A DNA stretch of 64,000 nucleotides from Chitinophagaceae bacterium (GCA_947466405.1 CANICR010000001.1:5779-69778); one strand, 5' to 3'; counted from the first letter of the stretch, positions 31,661-41,589 are shown. The notes: generated from the sequence alone by a model not told the origin. Numbers and translations: made by a program.

Positions 31661-31677
31661 CTAGAGGATATTTATGA

Positions 31678-32985
31678 TTATTTACTTGGCGGTTTTTGTG
31701 GTCCTCCCTGAGGTGGCCGTTGTTGATTACGTTGCTGAGGTGGACCTGGCCTATTTCTATTAAATGCTTGTTGTGGGCCTCTGCTGTTGCCTCCTAGAGG
31801 TTGACGTTGTTGACCTGGAGTTCCTTCTTGAGAAGGTCGCTGTTGCCTTATTTGCTGGCCTCGCTCCTTGTCTCTTCTTTTTCTTGTTGTTTTTTCTAAA
31901 CTCTTTAAACTTATTTGTCCTACTAAATCTGCATACTCTGGTTCAACTTCTTTTGGTTTTCCAGTAATCACTTCAACCGTTTCAAGTTCTTCTGGCTTAA
32001 CACCTTGCTTATTTTGAGCCTTTATTCTTTTTACAGTTTCAATGCTTAACGGATAATGTTTACTACTATCCGACATCGTATACCACATGATATTTTTAAA
32101 AATATCTTTCTTTATTAAAAAGGCTCTGCCTCTGGCCATTTCTAATGTATCTGCATCATTTGGGAAAAATTGCAACGCATCTAAATAAGTATCTAATTCA
32201 TAATTCAAACAACATTTAAGTCTTCCGCACTGCCCACTTAATTTAGTCTGATTTATACTTAAATTTTGATATCGTGCTGCATTTGTATTTACACTTTTGA
32301 AATCGGTTAACCAGGTACTGCAACATAATTCGCGTCCGCAACTTCCAATTCCGCCAACTTTTCCGGCTTCCTGACGGGCTCCAATCTGACGCATCTCGAC
32401 TTTTACTTTAAACTCTCCAGCATACAACTTTATCAATTCTCTAAAATCAACCCTGTCATCTGCTATATAAAAATAAGTTGCTTTTTTTCCATCCGCTTGT
32501 ACTTCAACTTCTGCCATTTTTAATTCAAGCTTTAACTGACGGGCTATTGCTCTACTTCTAATGAGCATTTGAGGCTCTCTAGCTTTTGTTTCCATCATCT
32601 TTGCAATATCTTGATCAGTTGCTTTGCGGAGAATTTTTTTTATCTCAGGACTTTTCTCGTCGATGTTATTTTTTTTCAATTGAAGTCTTACCAATTCTCC
32701 AGTAAGATTTACCATGCCTACATCAAACCCTCCCGAACCTTCAAGAGCCACCATTTGACCTTTTTCAAAATAATGAACCGTTGTATTTCGAAAGTAATCC
32801 TTTCTACTTCCATTATTGAAGGAGATTTCAACAATACGACAACTGCTTTCAGGATCACTGAAAGGTAAGTTTGCCAACCAATCATGAACGTTCATTCGAT
32901 TACATCCACCACTTGAACAATTACCATGACTTTGACATCCACTTGGAGCTCCGTCTTTACTCGTACCACAACTTCCGCAACCCAT
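31678..32985 (-). CDS. ricT: PSP1/RicT family Fe-S protein with low-complexity C-terminal tail
   Basis: Cys-rich N-terminus, RVDFRELIK, GSCGRELCC and LSGQCGRLKCCLNYE; downstream of holB. Confidence 0.88.
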   Translation of the reverse strand: MGCGSCGTSKDGAPSGCQSHGNCSSGGCNRMNVHDWLANLPFSDPESSCRIVEISFNNGSRKDYFRNTTVHYFEKGQMVALEGSGGFDVGMVNLTGELVRLQLKKNNIDEKSPEIKKILRKATDQDIAKMMETKAREPQMLIRSRAIARQLKLELKMAEVEVQADGKKATYFYIADDRVDFRELIKLYAGEFKVKVEMRQIGARQEAGKVGGIGSCGRELCCSTWLTDFKSVNTNAARYQNLSINQTKLSGQCGRLKCCLNYELDTYLDALQFFPNDADTLEMARGRAFLIKKDIFKNIMWYTMSDSSKHYPLSIETVKRIKAQNKQGVKPEELETVEVITGKPKEVEPEYADLVGQISLKSLEKTTRKRRDKERGQQIRQQRPSQEGTPGQQRQPLGGNSRGPQQAFNRNRPGPPQQRNQQRPPQGGPQKPPSK

Positions 32986-33055
32986 ATAAATAATTATTTT
33001 AATAATTTAACAACTTTGAGAATGGCTCATTCGAACCCACTTTCTTTTCAACAGC

Positions 33056-34276
33056 TCAATTTACCAAAATTACTGCATTGTTGCTAATAATATGATATAA
33101 CTTAATAGTTAAAGCATGAAAAAGCAATTTTGCATTAGCATTTCTTTCGATATGATAGCTTGCAGAGTCTAATTCTTTTATAATAGCTTCTTGCTGATTG
33201 ATATTACAAAGCTTATTTAATCGAATAGCAAAATCATTGGAAGTTTTTAATGTAGCCCTTTCTTGATCTTCGCTAGTAATCATGTTCAGCTTAATCGCAT
33301 CTTCCAATAAATGAATAAAATACTTAAAAAATTGTTTTTGTTTTTCTCTTCCTATTTTACTGATGTCTTCAATCCATTTTACTTGAGCCACTGGACCGGT
33401 TTTTAATATGCTATTTAGCCATTCTCTCAATAATATTTCCCAATCATTATCCGCATGCTGCAATTGTTGTAATGCTTCATGATAATTTCCTTCACTAACC
33501 CTAGCTATTTGATCTGCTTTTTGAACAGCTATCCCTTCTCTTAATTCAAGTGCAGCCTCAATGTCTATTCTTTTTAACAGCGGTATTTTTATTAACTGTG
33601 TTCTAGATAAAATCGTTTGAAGTATTTGCTGATCATTTTCTGCAACAAAAATAAATACAGTATTAGGCGGAGGCTCCTCAATTAATTTTAACAACCTGTT
33701 TCCTTGAACCCCTAATAATTCAGGCATCCACATAATCAAGAATTTATACGTCGACTCAAAGCTTTTTAAACTAAGCTTTCTATTGATATCACCACACTCA
33801 TGGACTGTAATATTACCCTGTTTATTTTCAGCACCAATCGACTGAAGCCAGTCATATGAATTTCCATAAGGATTTGAATCTATGAAAGTTCTCCATTCAT
33901 TTATAAAATCTGTGCTGATTGGTTTATCACCGCTTTTTCTTGAAATAACAGGATATGAATAATGAATATCCGGATGGATCATTTTTGCTGATTTGATACA
34001 GGCTGAACATACGCCACATGAATCATTCTTATCAGCATTATTTTCTTTAGCCTCATTTGATTCATTGGCAAACAGCCCAGAATCTGAAAGCGTTTTTAAT
34101 GAACTGCCATTAATCTTTTCGCAGACCAAATACTGTGTGAAAGCTCTTGCCAATGAAAGAGCACCACTTCCCTCTTTACCCAAAAACAAAAGTGCGTGAC
34201 TCAGCCTGTTTTGCTGAATCATTTGAATTAATTGATGCTTTACATCTACTTGTCCGATTATATCTTTAAACTGCAC
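33056..34276 (-). CDS. holB: DNA polymerase III delta-prime subunit
   Basis: RLSHALLF, CGVCSAC, HPDIHY, NRLLKLIEEPP and TILSRTQ; GTG start. Confidence 0.9.
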   Translation of the reverse strand: MQFKDIIGQVDVKHQLIQMIQQNRLSHALLFLGKEGSGALSLARAFTQYLVCEKINGSSLKTLSDSGLFANESNEAKENNADKNDSCGVCSACIKSAKMIHPDIHYSYPVISRKSGDKPISTDFINEWRTFIDSNPYGNSYDWLQSIGAENKQGNITVHECGDINRKLSLKSFESTYKFLIMWMPELLGVQGNRLLKLIEEPPPNTVFIFVAENDQQILQTILSRTQLIKIPLLKRIDIEAALELREGIAVQKADQIARVSEGNYHEALQQLQHADNDWEILLREWLNSILKTGPVAQVKWIEDISKIGREKQKQFFKYFIHLLEDAIKLNMITSEDQERATLKTSNDFAIRLNKLCNINQQEAIIKELDSASYHIERNANAKLLFHALTIKLYHIISNNAVILVN

Positions 34277-34328
34277 GCTGCAATTTAAATTAAATTATTA
34301 CTGAAGTGATAATAATTATTCGCCAATT

Positions 34329-34910
34329 TTATAAAAGTGAAATAATTTCTTTACTCATTGGAGAAACACTGCTCTCAAATTTTTTTATAACAAATCCCGT
34401 TTCATCTATTAAAAATTTATTGAAGTTCCATTTTATTGCAGCATCCAAAACACCATTCTGCTCTTTTTGAGTTAAATACTGATAAATAGGAGCCATACCT
34501 TTCCCTGTTACAGAAATCTTAGCGGCCATAGGAAATGTAACTCCATAATTTTTGGTACAAAAAACTTGTATATCTGCATTTGATCCTGGCTCTTGACCAC
34601 CAAAATCATTAGCAGGAAATCCCACCACCATCAACTTCTCTTTATATAAATCAAATAATTCCTGAAGTTCCTTATACTGCGGCGTATACCCACATGCTGA
34701 AGCTGTGTTTACTATCAATATTTTCTTGCCTTTAAATAAGGAAAAATCTATCGTTCCGCCATCTATTTGATTTACTTTAAACCGATGTATTGAAAAAATA
34801 GTGTCCACTTTTTTATTACCCATATCATGCTGATTTATTATTGATGTCTTTTTTTCTGTTGTTGAAATACTTTGTAAAAACAAACAGGAAATCATTAATA
34901 TTTTTACCAT
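34329..34910 (-). CDS. Cys-type glutathione peroxidase with N-terminal signal-like extension
   Basis: NTASACGYT, FPANDFGGQEPG, FCTKNYGV (resolving Cys) and WNFNKFLI motifs. Confidence 0.93.
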   Translation of the reverse strand: MVKILMISCLFLQSISTTEKKTSIINQHDMGNKKVDTIFSIHRFKVNQIDGGTIDFSLFKGKKILIVNTASACGYTPQYKELQELFDLYKEKLMVVGFPANDFGGQEPGSNADIQVFCTKNYGVTFPMAAKISVTGKGMAPIYQYLTQKEQNGVLDAAIKWNFNKFLIDETGFVIKKFESSVSPMSKEIISLL

Positions 34911-34953
34911 TTAGTTTTTTTTATTGTGAATAAATATGATGCAACCCTTTTGG

Positions 34954-36366
34954 CTATTGTTTTTCATAACATCCTATATCTGTAGCTATCCCGGAAATTC
35001 TTGGATTATTCTCTATATCTACATTAAAGGATGTAGTCGTGCCCATATCAATTCCAGGTGCTAAAGGATCTTTATTGGTTCTAAAAACAAAAACATTATT
35101 CGATATATCAACGCTATCAAATAATGGATTTTGGTTCAATATACAAGCATTGCTTATAGAATTTGGTGGGTCTATTGAATTTTTCAGAAGACAATGATCA
35201 AATAAAATATCAAAAACGCCACTACCTTCTTTGGTGACAAAAATTTCATCTTGGTTTACATTATCATCGCCCCAAAAAATACAATTTTTAAATGTAGCCC
35301 TGATGTCTGGAATAATAGAGCTTGAACTTTGTAAATCATAATTACTTAATTGCAATACAGGATTCGAATGAAATGAAAACAATGTAGAATATGAAACCAT
35401 TGTGCAATTTGTAAATTCATAAAACCCTCCTCGTTGGATTTTTACATTTTGGCCGCAATTAGAAATCAGCGTATTGTCAATCGTTAAATTGCTATTATTT
35501 GAAAAAATGCCGCATTCCGAAGCGTTATCGATAATACATTGTTTAAGAATTAATTTAGGACTACTATTGACAGAAGGTTCAAAAAGTGTTATTGCAGATG
35601 TGGCATTTTTAATGACAGAAAAGTTAAATTGATTATTTTTACTGCTATTTCGAAAATAAAATCCGGGCCAACTTGCAGGCAACTCTCGATATGATTTATC
35701 TAGTCTATCTCCAGTAAAAATAACTTCCTTATCTTTTTCGCCAAAGACTTGCAAAGTTCCATCAACCAAAATGGCCGCGTCTGCATGCGCATATATATTA
35801 CATCCGCGTTGAATAATCAATGTAGCAGTTGAATCTATTTGAAGTTGACCAAGTATAACATATGGCAAATCGTTAGTCCATACAACATTTCCCATTATTT
35901 TTTGATTTCGAAGAAAATGCGCATTTTTTCCAAATGCTTCTAATTGGATTAATTTATTATTCCCGTTATAACTAATAAGTATACTGTCATTTACCATAAA
36001 GGGCAATTGAGCAGCAGTAGGATTTATTGTCACAGATACAAATACATATACACTGTCATTAGCCGCTATTTCCATATCATGAATTTCAGAAGCAGCAAGT
36101 CCATTTACATTTAAATGATATGCCGAATTTGTTCCTCCCATTAGTTTAATGGTTGACAATAAAATCTTTTGCTTGTTGTTATTTATGATTTTAAAAGATT
36201 GAGTAAAAGATCCTAGCGAAGTAAATACCGTGTCAAATCGGATTGTGTCCGCTTGAATATCGATATAAGCATCCTGGCTTAATAAAAATTTGTCTTTTTG
36301 ACAAGAATATAAAAATATGAGCACAATGGATAAAAATATGGCGCTATTTTTAAATACTTTATTCAT
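34954..36366 (-). CDS. Hypothetical lipoprotein: Ig-like domain plus parallel beta-helix
   Basis: LYSC lipobox, FDTVFT, repeated IKNA/IDNA/ISNC/FKNCIFW rungs, C-terminal NPR...DIGCYE. Confidence 0.7.
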   Translation of the reverse strand: MNKVFKNSAIFLSIVLIFLYSCQKDKFLLSQDAYIDIQADTIRFDTVFTSLGSFTQSFKIINNNKQKILLSTIKLMGGTNSAYHLNVNGLAASEIHDMEIAANDSVYVFVSVTINPTAAQLPFMVNDSILISYNGNNKLIQLEAFGKNAHFLRNQKIMGNVVWTNDLPYVILGQLQIDSTATLIIQRGCNIYAHADAAILVDGTLQVFGEKDKEVIFTGDRLDKSYRELPASWPGFYFRNSSKNNQFNFSVIKNATSAITLFEPSVNSSPKLILKQCIIDNASECGIFSNNSNLTIDNTLISNCGQNVKIQRGGFYEFTNCTMVSYSTLFSFHSNPVLQLSNYDLQSSSSIIPDIRATFKNCIFWGDDNVNQDEIFVTKEGSGVFDILFDHCLLKNSIDPPNSISNACILNQNPLFDSVDISNNVFVFRTNKDPLAPGIDMGTTTSFNVDIENNPRISGIATDIGCYEKQ

Positions 36367-36407
36367 TTTTCAAATGTAGTTTTTTTTTGGGCTTCAAAAA
36401 GAAAGAA

Positions 36408-37109
36408 TTATTTAGTTGCAACTGCCAGCGTAGCGATATTCAAATTAGTAGATGGGATTTTTAAAATTTTTCTTCCGCAAGATTCTAATGTTGATCCTGT
36501 AGTAATAATATCATCTACTAATAATATATTTTTCCCTTCTAACAGTTTTTCATTTTTTATATCAAAACTTCCTTCTACATTTAGCCATCTTTCTGGCCTT
36601 TGTTTTCTTGTTTGTGTTTCTGTAAATCGATTTCTGAATACAATATTTTCCAAAACAGGCACCTTTAATATAGGAGAAATGCCATTGGCAATAATTACAG
36701 ACTGATTGTAACCTCTCTTTTTTTCTTTATCGATAAACATTGGCAACGGAATAATAACATCTATATTTAAAAACCGACCACTTTTCAAAATCGACTCTCC
36801 TAATAACCCACCTAGAAAAACACCGATTTCTTTTTTGCCCTTATATTTTAATTGATGCAGTAAATGTTGAATAATTTTTCCCTTCGAAAAATAAAATTCA
36901 CTATGTGCGGCAGCAATATCTAATCTGCCTGCAAATATTCTTTCCGTTAAATTATTAGGGTGCTTTGCAAAGTCGGTTCTGGGCAAGCTGTTTAAACAAT
37001 GAAAACATAGCAATTGCTCTTTTTTTAAATTATCATATCCGCATGATTTACAAAAGTGTGGATAAAAAAGGTGTAATGCGTCTTCTACAAGGGAAGCAAA
37101 TGATAACAT
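36408..37109 (-). CDS. comF: ComF family phosphoribosyltransferase-like protein
   Basis: CKSC...CFHC zinc finger, RGYNQS and LLVDDIITTGSTL motifs. Confidence 0.92.
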   Translation of the reverse strand: MLSFASLVEDALHLFYPHFCKSCGYDNLKKEQLLCFHCLNSLPRTDFAKHPNNLTERIFAGRLDIAAAHSEFYFSKGKIIQHLLHQLKYKGKKEIGVFLGGLLGESILKSGRFLNIDVIIPLPMFIDKEKKRGYNQSVIIANGISPILKVPVLENIVFRNRFTETQTRKQRPERWLNVEGSFDIKNEKLLEGKNILLVDDIITTGSTLESCGRKILKIPSTNLNIATLAVATK

Positions 37110-37126
37110 AGACGGATTGAAGTGAA

Positions 37127-38500
37127 TTAAAATAATAAATTATATAGTTCTTCCACTTTACCTAATGAAATTATTTCAATGGTAGATTTAATATTATGTA
37201 AAGATTTGGCATTGTATTTACTTACCACAATCTTTTCAAATCCTAGTTTCTCTGCTTCTGCAATTCTTTGTTCAATTCTGTTGACTGCTCTTATTTCTCC
37301 ACTTAATCCAACTTCTCCAGCAAAACAAATATGTTGTGGCAAAGCAACATCCTCATAACTACTTAACAATGCAGATACAATCGCTAAATCCAATGAAGGG
37401 TCTTCTACTTTGATACCACCTGCAATATTTATGAAAACATCTTTTACACCGAAATGAAATCCACCTCGTTTTTCTAAAACAGCCAATAATAACTGTAATC
37501 TTCTTAAATCAAATCCGCTGACGGTTCTTTGTGGAGTTCCATAAACACTTTGCGTAACTAGTGCTTGTGTTTCAATTAACAACGGCCTCATACCTTCAAT
37601 TGTTGCGGCAATGGCAATACCACTTAATTGATCTTCTTTATTTGTAATCAATATTTCACTTGGATTACTTACTGCACGCATTCCTTGTCCCGTCATTTCA
37701 TAAATGCCTAATTCTGAGGTAGAACCGAATCTATTTTTTAACGTCCTCAATATCCGATAGGCATAATGCCTGTCTCCCTCAAATTGAAGAACCGTATCTA
37801 CCATATGTTCTAAAATCTTAGGACCAGCAATATTTCCTTCCTTTGTAATATGTCCAATCAAAAACACAGGCGTGTTTGTTTCTTTTGCAAATCTTTGTAA
37901 TTCAGCTGCACATTCTCGAATCTGACTAACACTACCCGCAGATGATTCAACAAAAGGAGATTGTAAGGTTTGAATAGAATCAACTATAACCAAGGCAGGT
38001 TTTAATTTTTTAATCTCTTTAAATATTACCTGAGTATCTGTTTCGGTTAACAAATAAAAGTTTTCATTTTTTATTCCTAATCGATCTGCACGCATTTTAA
38101 TTTGTTGTTCACTTTCTTCCCCACTAACATATAAAGTAATGATGCTACTTAATTGCAAGCCATTTTGAAGAAATAAAGTAGACTTTCCAATACCCGGTTC
38201 ACCAGCAACCAAAACAATACTTCCTAAAACAATTCCGCCTCCTAGAACTCTATTAAGTTCTACATCCGCTGTTTCAATTCTTTTTTCTTGAGCACTCACC
38301 ACTTCATTCAGTGCTACTGTTTTTATTTTAGAAGTACCATTATACTCTTTCCATTCATCTTTTGAATTTTTATCGTTACCCTTAGTTATAATTTCTTCAA
38401 CAAAACAATTCCATTGAGAGCATGATGGACATTTGCCTAACCATTTTGCACTTTCGTGACCACAATGCTGACAAAAAAAAGATGATTTAGTTTTACTCAT
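37127..38500 (-). CDS. radA: DNA repair protein RadA/Sms
   Basis: C4 zinc finger, GEPGIGKST, KNRFG and GEVGLSGEIR motifs. Confidence 0.98.
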   Translation of the reverse strand: MSKTKSSFFCQHCGHESAKWLGKCPSCSQWNCFVEEIITKGNDKNSKDEWKEYNGTSKIKTVALNEVVSAQEKRIETADVELNRVLGGGIVLGSIVLVAGEPGIGKSTLFLQNGLQLSSIITLYVSGEESEQQIKMRADRLGIKNENFYLLTETDTQVIFKEIKKLKPALVIVDSIQTLQSPFVESSAGSVSQIRECAAELQRFAKETNTPVFLIGHITKEGNIAGPKILEHMVDTVLQFEGDRHYAYRILRTLKNRFGSTSELGIYEMTGQGMRAVSNPSEILITNKEDQLSGIAIAATIEGMRPLLIETQALVTQSVYGTPQRTVSGFDLRRLQLLLAVLEKRGGFHFGVKDVFINIAGGIKVEDPSLDLAIVSALLSSYEDVALPQHICFAGEVGLSGEIRAVNRIEQRIAEAEKLGFEKIVVSKYNAKSLHNIKSTIEIISLGKVEELYNLLF

Positions 38501-38639
38501 AGCGTAAATGTAAATTCAAATATGCTAAAGAAAAAAAAGTAAAATTTATTTTTAAAAAAATCTTGACTTATAAAAAATAACAATAGAAATAAAAGAAAGA
38601 AAAAAAATCAGAAACGATTAAGTGGAGAGTTGCATTAAA

Positions 38640-38697
38640 GTAAAAGGGTTAGCATTTCTGCTAACCCTTAATACTTACTAACCCATTAAATTCTACT
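38640..38697 (-). ncRNA. Candidate small RNA (~55 nt)
   Basis: -7-like TAATTTAG (38699-38706), no ORF, ends in a perfect 11-bp hairpin; the 5' end is estimated. Confidence 0.4.
38644..38669 (-). terminator. Intrinsic terminator hairpin in the radA-pdxA gap
   Basis: AAGGGTTAGCA-4nt-TGCTAACCCTT perfect stem, T run on the minus side. Confidence 0.75.
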
Positions 38698-39277
38698 GCT
38701 AAATTACAAACTGCAGACACAAAAAAAAATAAAATTTTAAAATTGTGAATAACTATTTACCCTAATAGCACTATATTATTTAATTTTATTTACTCGCGTA
38801 TTTAATTAATTAACAAGTATTTATGATTGTTTTTCGATTAAATAAATATTGTACTAGTATTCATATACTTTTTTAAATTGTATTTTATATATTTTTACTT
38901 TATTTTATATAGATATATGTATTGTCCGTTAATTATAAACAATGAATAGTGGAAATTTTAGATATTTTTTATATTTATAAAATATCTATATCTTTATAAT
39001 AGACTTGATTATTAAGGGGAAAGTAATACAAAAGTATTTTTTACTGTAAGAAAGTATAGCCACTAATATATAATACTATTAATAAATACAAAGTCATTAG
39101 CTTCAAAAAACCGAAACTTCATATTTGCCTATACATATATTATTTAATAAAAATATGATTGTTGGGTATTTAAATTCCAGATATCAATAAGTCTCCAAAA
39201 ACTTTTGTTGAAGTAAAACTCAATGAATACAGTTGGATAATAAATAAAAAGAAATGGATGAATCTCTAATTAGGGAA

Positions 39278-40372
39278 TTAATCTTCCGTTATTTTTTCAT
39301 CTATAGCATTGGCTACTACTGAGAAACTTCTCTTTTTCAATGGATTGCTCCTATTATTATCAATTTCCAATCTATTGTTGATAATATCAATACAACTATA
39401 AAGTGCTTGCCGCATGGATGTTTCATCCGCAATCCCTTTTCCAGCAATGTCAAATGCAGTGCCATGGTCCGGAGAAGTTCTAACAGCTTTTAATCCTGCC
39501 GTGAAATTAACTCCTTCCCCTAATGAAAGTGATTTAAAGGGTATCAACCCTTGATCATGGTATAAAGCTAAAACAGCATCAAATTTTTCATACTGTCCTC
39601 TTGCAAAAAATGCATCTGCACTATATGGACCAAAGCATAATATACCTTTTTGCTTTGCCTCTTTAATGGCGGGTTTAATTATTTCAATTTCCTCCTTGCC
39701 AATTAACCCTTCATCCCCTGCATGTGGATTTAAACCTAATACGGCAATCTTAGGTTTACTAATACAAAAATCCCTTTTCAAGGATTGATTGATTACATGA
39801 AGTTTGCTTATTATACTGTCTTTTGATATCACCTGAGCAACATCTTTTACAGCCACATGCTCAGTAAGTAATCCAATTTTCATATTTTCTGCTATCATCA
39901 ACATAGCAACATCGTTTACTCCAAATAATGATTTCAAAAATGGAGTATGCCCTGTATAATTAAAACTAGATGATTGAATGTTTTTTTTATGAATAGGAGC
40001 AGTAACCAACCCATCAATCTTGCCTGCTTTTAATGCCTCAGCTGCTACGGAAAGACTTATTATTGCATACTTTCCACCTATATCATTCATTTCTCCAGGT
40101 GTTATAGCTACATCTTCTTCCCAGCAATTAAATAAATTAACTTGTCTATGATTTATTTTTGATGAATCCTTTATTGCAGAAAAATTCAAATTAACTTCTG
40201 GCAAAGTTTTTCTGTAAAAATTAATTGCTTTATTATTCGCAAATACGACAGGAGTACAAATATCAAGAACCCTATTATCGCTTAATACTTTTAAAATTAA
40301 CTCAATTCCAATTCCATTAATATCTCCGCAACTAAATCCTATTATCGGCTTATTGTCTGTTGGTACACTCAT
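39278..40372 (-). CDS. pdxA: 4-hydroxythreonine-4-phosphate dehydrogenase
   Basis: GDINGIG, VTAPIHK, YTGHT, LNPHAGD, YHDQGL and RTSPDHGTAFDIAGKG motifs. Confidence 0.95.
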   Translation of the reverse strand: MSVPTDNKPIIGFSCGDINGIGIELILKVLSDNRVLDICTPVVFANNKAINFYRKTLPEVNLNFSAIKDSSKINHRQVNLFNCWEEDVAITPGEMNDIGGKYAIISLSVAAEALKAGKIDGLVTAPIHKKNIQSSSFNYTGHTPFLKSLFGVNDVAMLMIAENMKIGLLTEHVAVKDVAQVISKDSIISKLHVINQSLKRDFCISKPKIAVLGLNPHAGDEGLIGKEEIEIIKPAIKEAKQKGILCFGPYSADAFFARGQYEKFDAVLALYHDQGLIPFKSLSLGEGVNFTAGLKAVRTSPDHGTAFDIAGKGIADETSMRQALYSCIDIINNRLEIDNNRSNPLKKRSFSVVANAIDEKITED

Positions 40373-40449
40373 GAATCTTTCCTTTATTCTGTAAAAATAC
40401 GAATTCTTTAATGATTTGCTGACCTAGAGTATCTGTTTGATTATTGACT

Positions 40450-41589
40450 TTACTTTAGAATCTCTCTACTTATTACCATTTTTTGAATTTCACTAGTGCC
40501 TTCTCCTATGGTACAGAGCTTGCTATCCCGATAAAACTTCTCTACTGGAAAATCTTTTGTATAGCCATACCCTCCAAAAATCTGAATGGCATCCGTACTT
40601 ATTTCCACCGATATTTCACTTGCATAATATTTTGCCATAGCGGATTCCCTTGTCATTGGCATACCCTTCATTTTTAAATCACATGCTTGATTTATCAATA
40701 ATTCGGCCACTTGTATTTTTGTAGCCATATCTGCCAACTTAAAAGCGATTGCCTGGAAATTTGATATTGGTTGATCAAACTGTTGTCTTTCTTTAGCATA
40801 TTTCAAGGATGCCTCATAGGCCCCTTTTGCAATTCCTAAACTTAATGCAGCAATTGAAATCCTTCCCCCATCAAGAATCTTCATTGCTTGCTTAAATCCT
40901 TCTCCAACTTCTCCTAATCTGTTTTCGTCACTAATAATACAATTATCAAAAATCATTTCAGTGGTTTCACTTGCACGCATGCCTAATTTATTTTCTTTCT
41001 TACCGGCACTAAATCCTGCAGTTTCACGGTCAATAATAAACGCTGTTGAATTATTTTTTGCTCTTGGCTCTCCTGTTCTACAAATTACTACGGCAACATT
41101 CCCAGATTTTCCATGGGTAATCCAGCTTTTAGTTCCATTTATTACCCAGTTTTTTCCATCTTTAACGGCAGTGGTTTTCATATTTCCAGCATCGCTGCCG
41201 GTATTAGGTTCTGTAAGTCCCCAAGCGCCAATAAACTCTGCAGAAGCAAGCTTTGGTAAATATTGTTGTTTTTGTTCTTTGTTTCCAAAAGCCATGATGT
41301 GCCCTGTACATAATGAATTATGAGCCGCTAATGACAAACCAACTGAGCCACAAACTTTTGATATTTCCTGAATAATACTGCTATACTCAAAATAGCCCAA
41401 ACCCGAACCACCATATTCCTCCGGTACTAAAATACCCATCATCCCTAATTTTCCTAAAGCCTTAAAAATATGAATTGGAAATTCCTGAGACTCATCCCAT
41501 TTCATGAAATCAGGGCGAATATATTGATTGGCAAAATCCTTTACCGTATCGGCTACTTGATGTGTGAGTTCTGATTGTGAAAAGTCCAT
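40450..41589 (-). CDS. Acyl-CoA dehydrogenase
   Basis: LTEPNTGSDA, NGTKSWIT, KLGMRAS, QIFGGYGY and IGEGTSEIQ motifs. Confidence 0.95.
   Translation of the reverse strand: MDFSQSELTHQVADTVKDFANQYIRPDFMKWDESQEFPIHIFKALGKLGMMGILVPEEYGGSGLGYFEYSSIIQEISKVCGSVGLSLAAHNSLCTGHIMAFGNKEQKQQYLPKLASAEFIGAWGLTEPNTGSDAGNMKTTAVKDGKNWVINGTKSWITHGKSGNVAVVICRTGEPRAKNNSTAFIIDRETAGFSAGKKENKLGMRASETTEMIFDNCIISDENRLGEVGEGFKQAMKILDGGRISIAALSLGIAKGAYEASLKYAKERQQFDQPISNFQAIAFKLADMATKIQVAELLINQACDLKMKGMPMTRESAMAKYYASEISVEISTDAIQIFGGYGYTKDFPVEKFYRDSKLCTIGEGTSEIQKMVISREILK

Noticed and set aside
33020-33040. GGTTCGAAT as part of a tRNA
   Set aside because: No T-stem complement, anticodon arm or acceptor stem
34329-34910. 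Possible selenocysteine glutathione peroxidase
   Set aside because: The active site is a Cys codon in an open frame; no in-frame TGA
38900-38940. dif-like site in the AT-rich gap
   Set aside because: No recognisable XerD arm (TTATGTTAAAT) at the correct spacing
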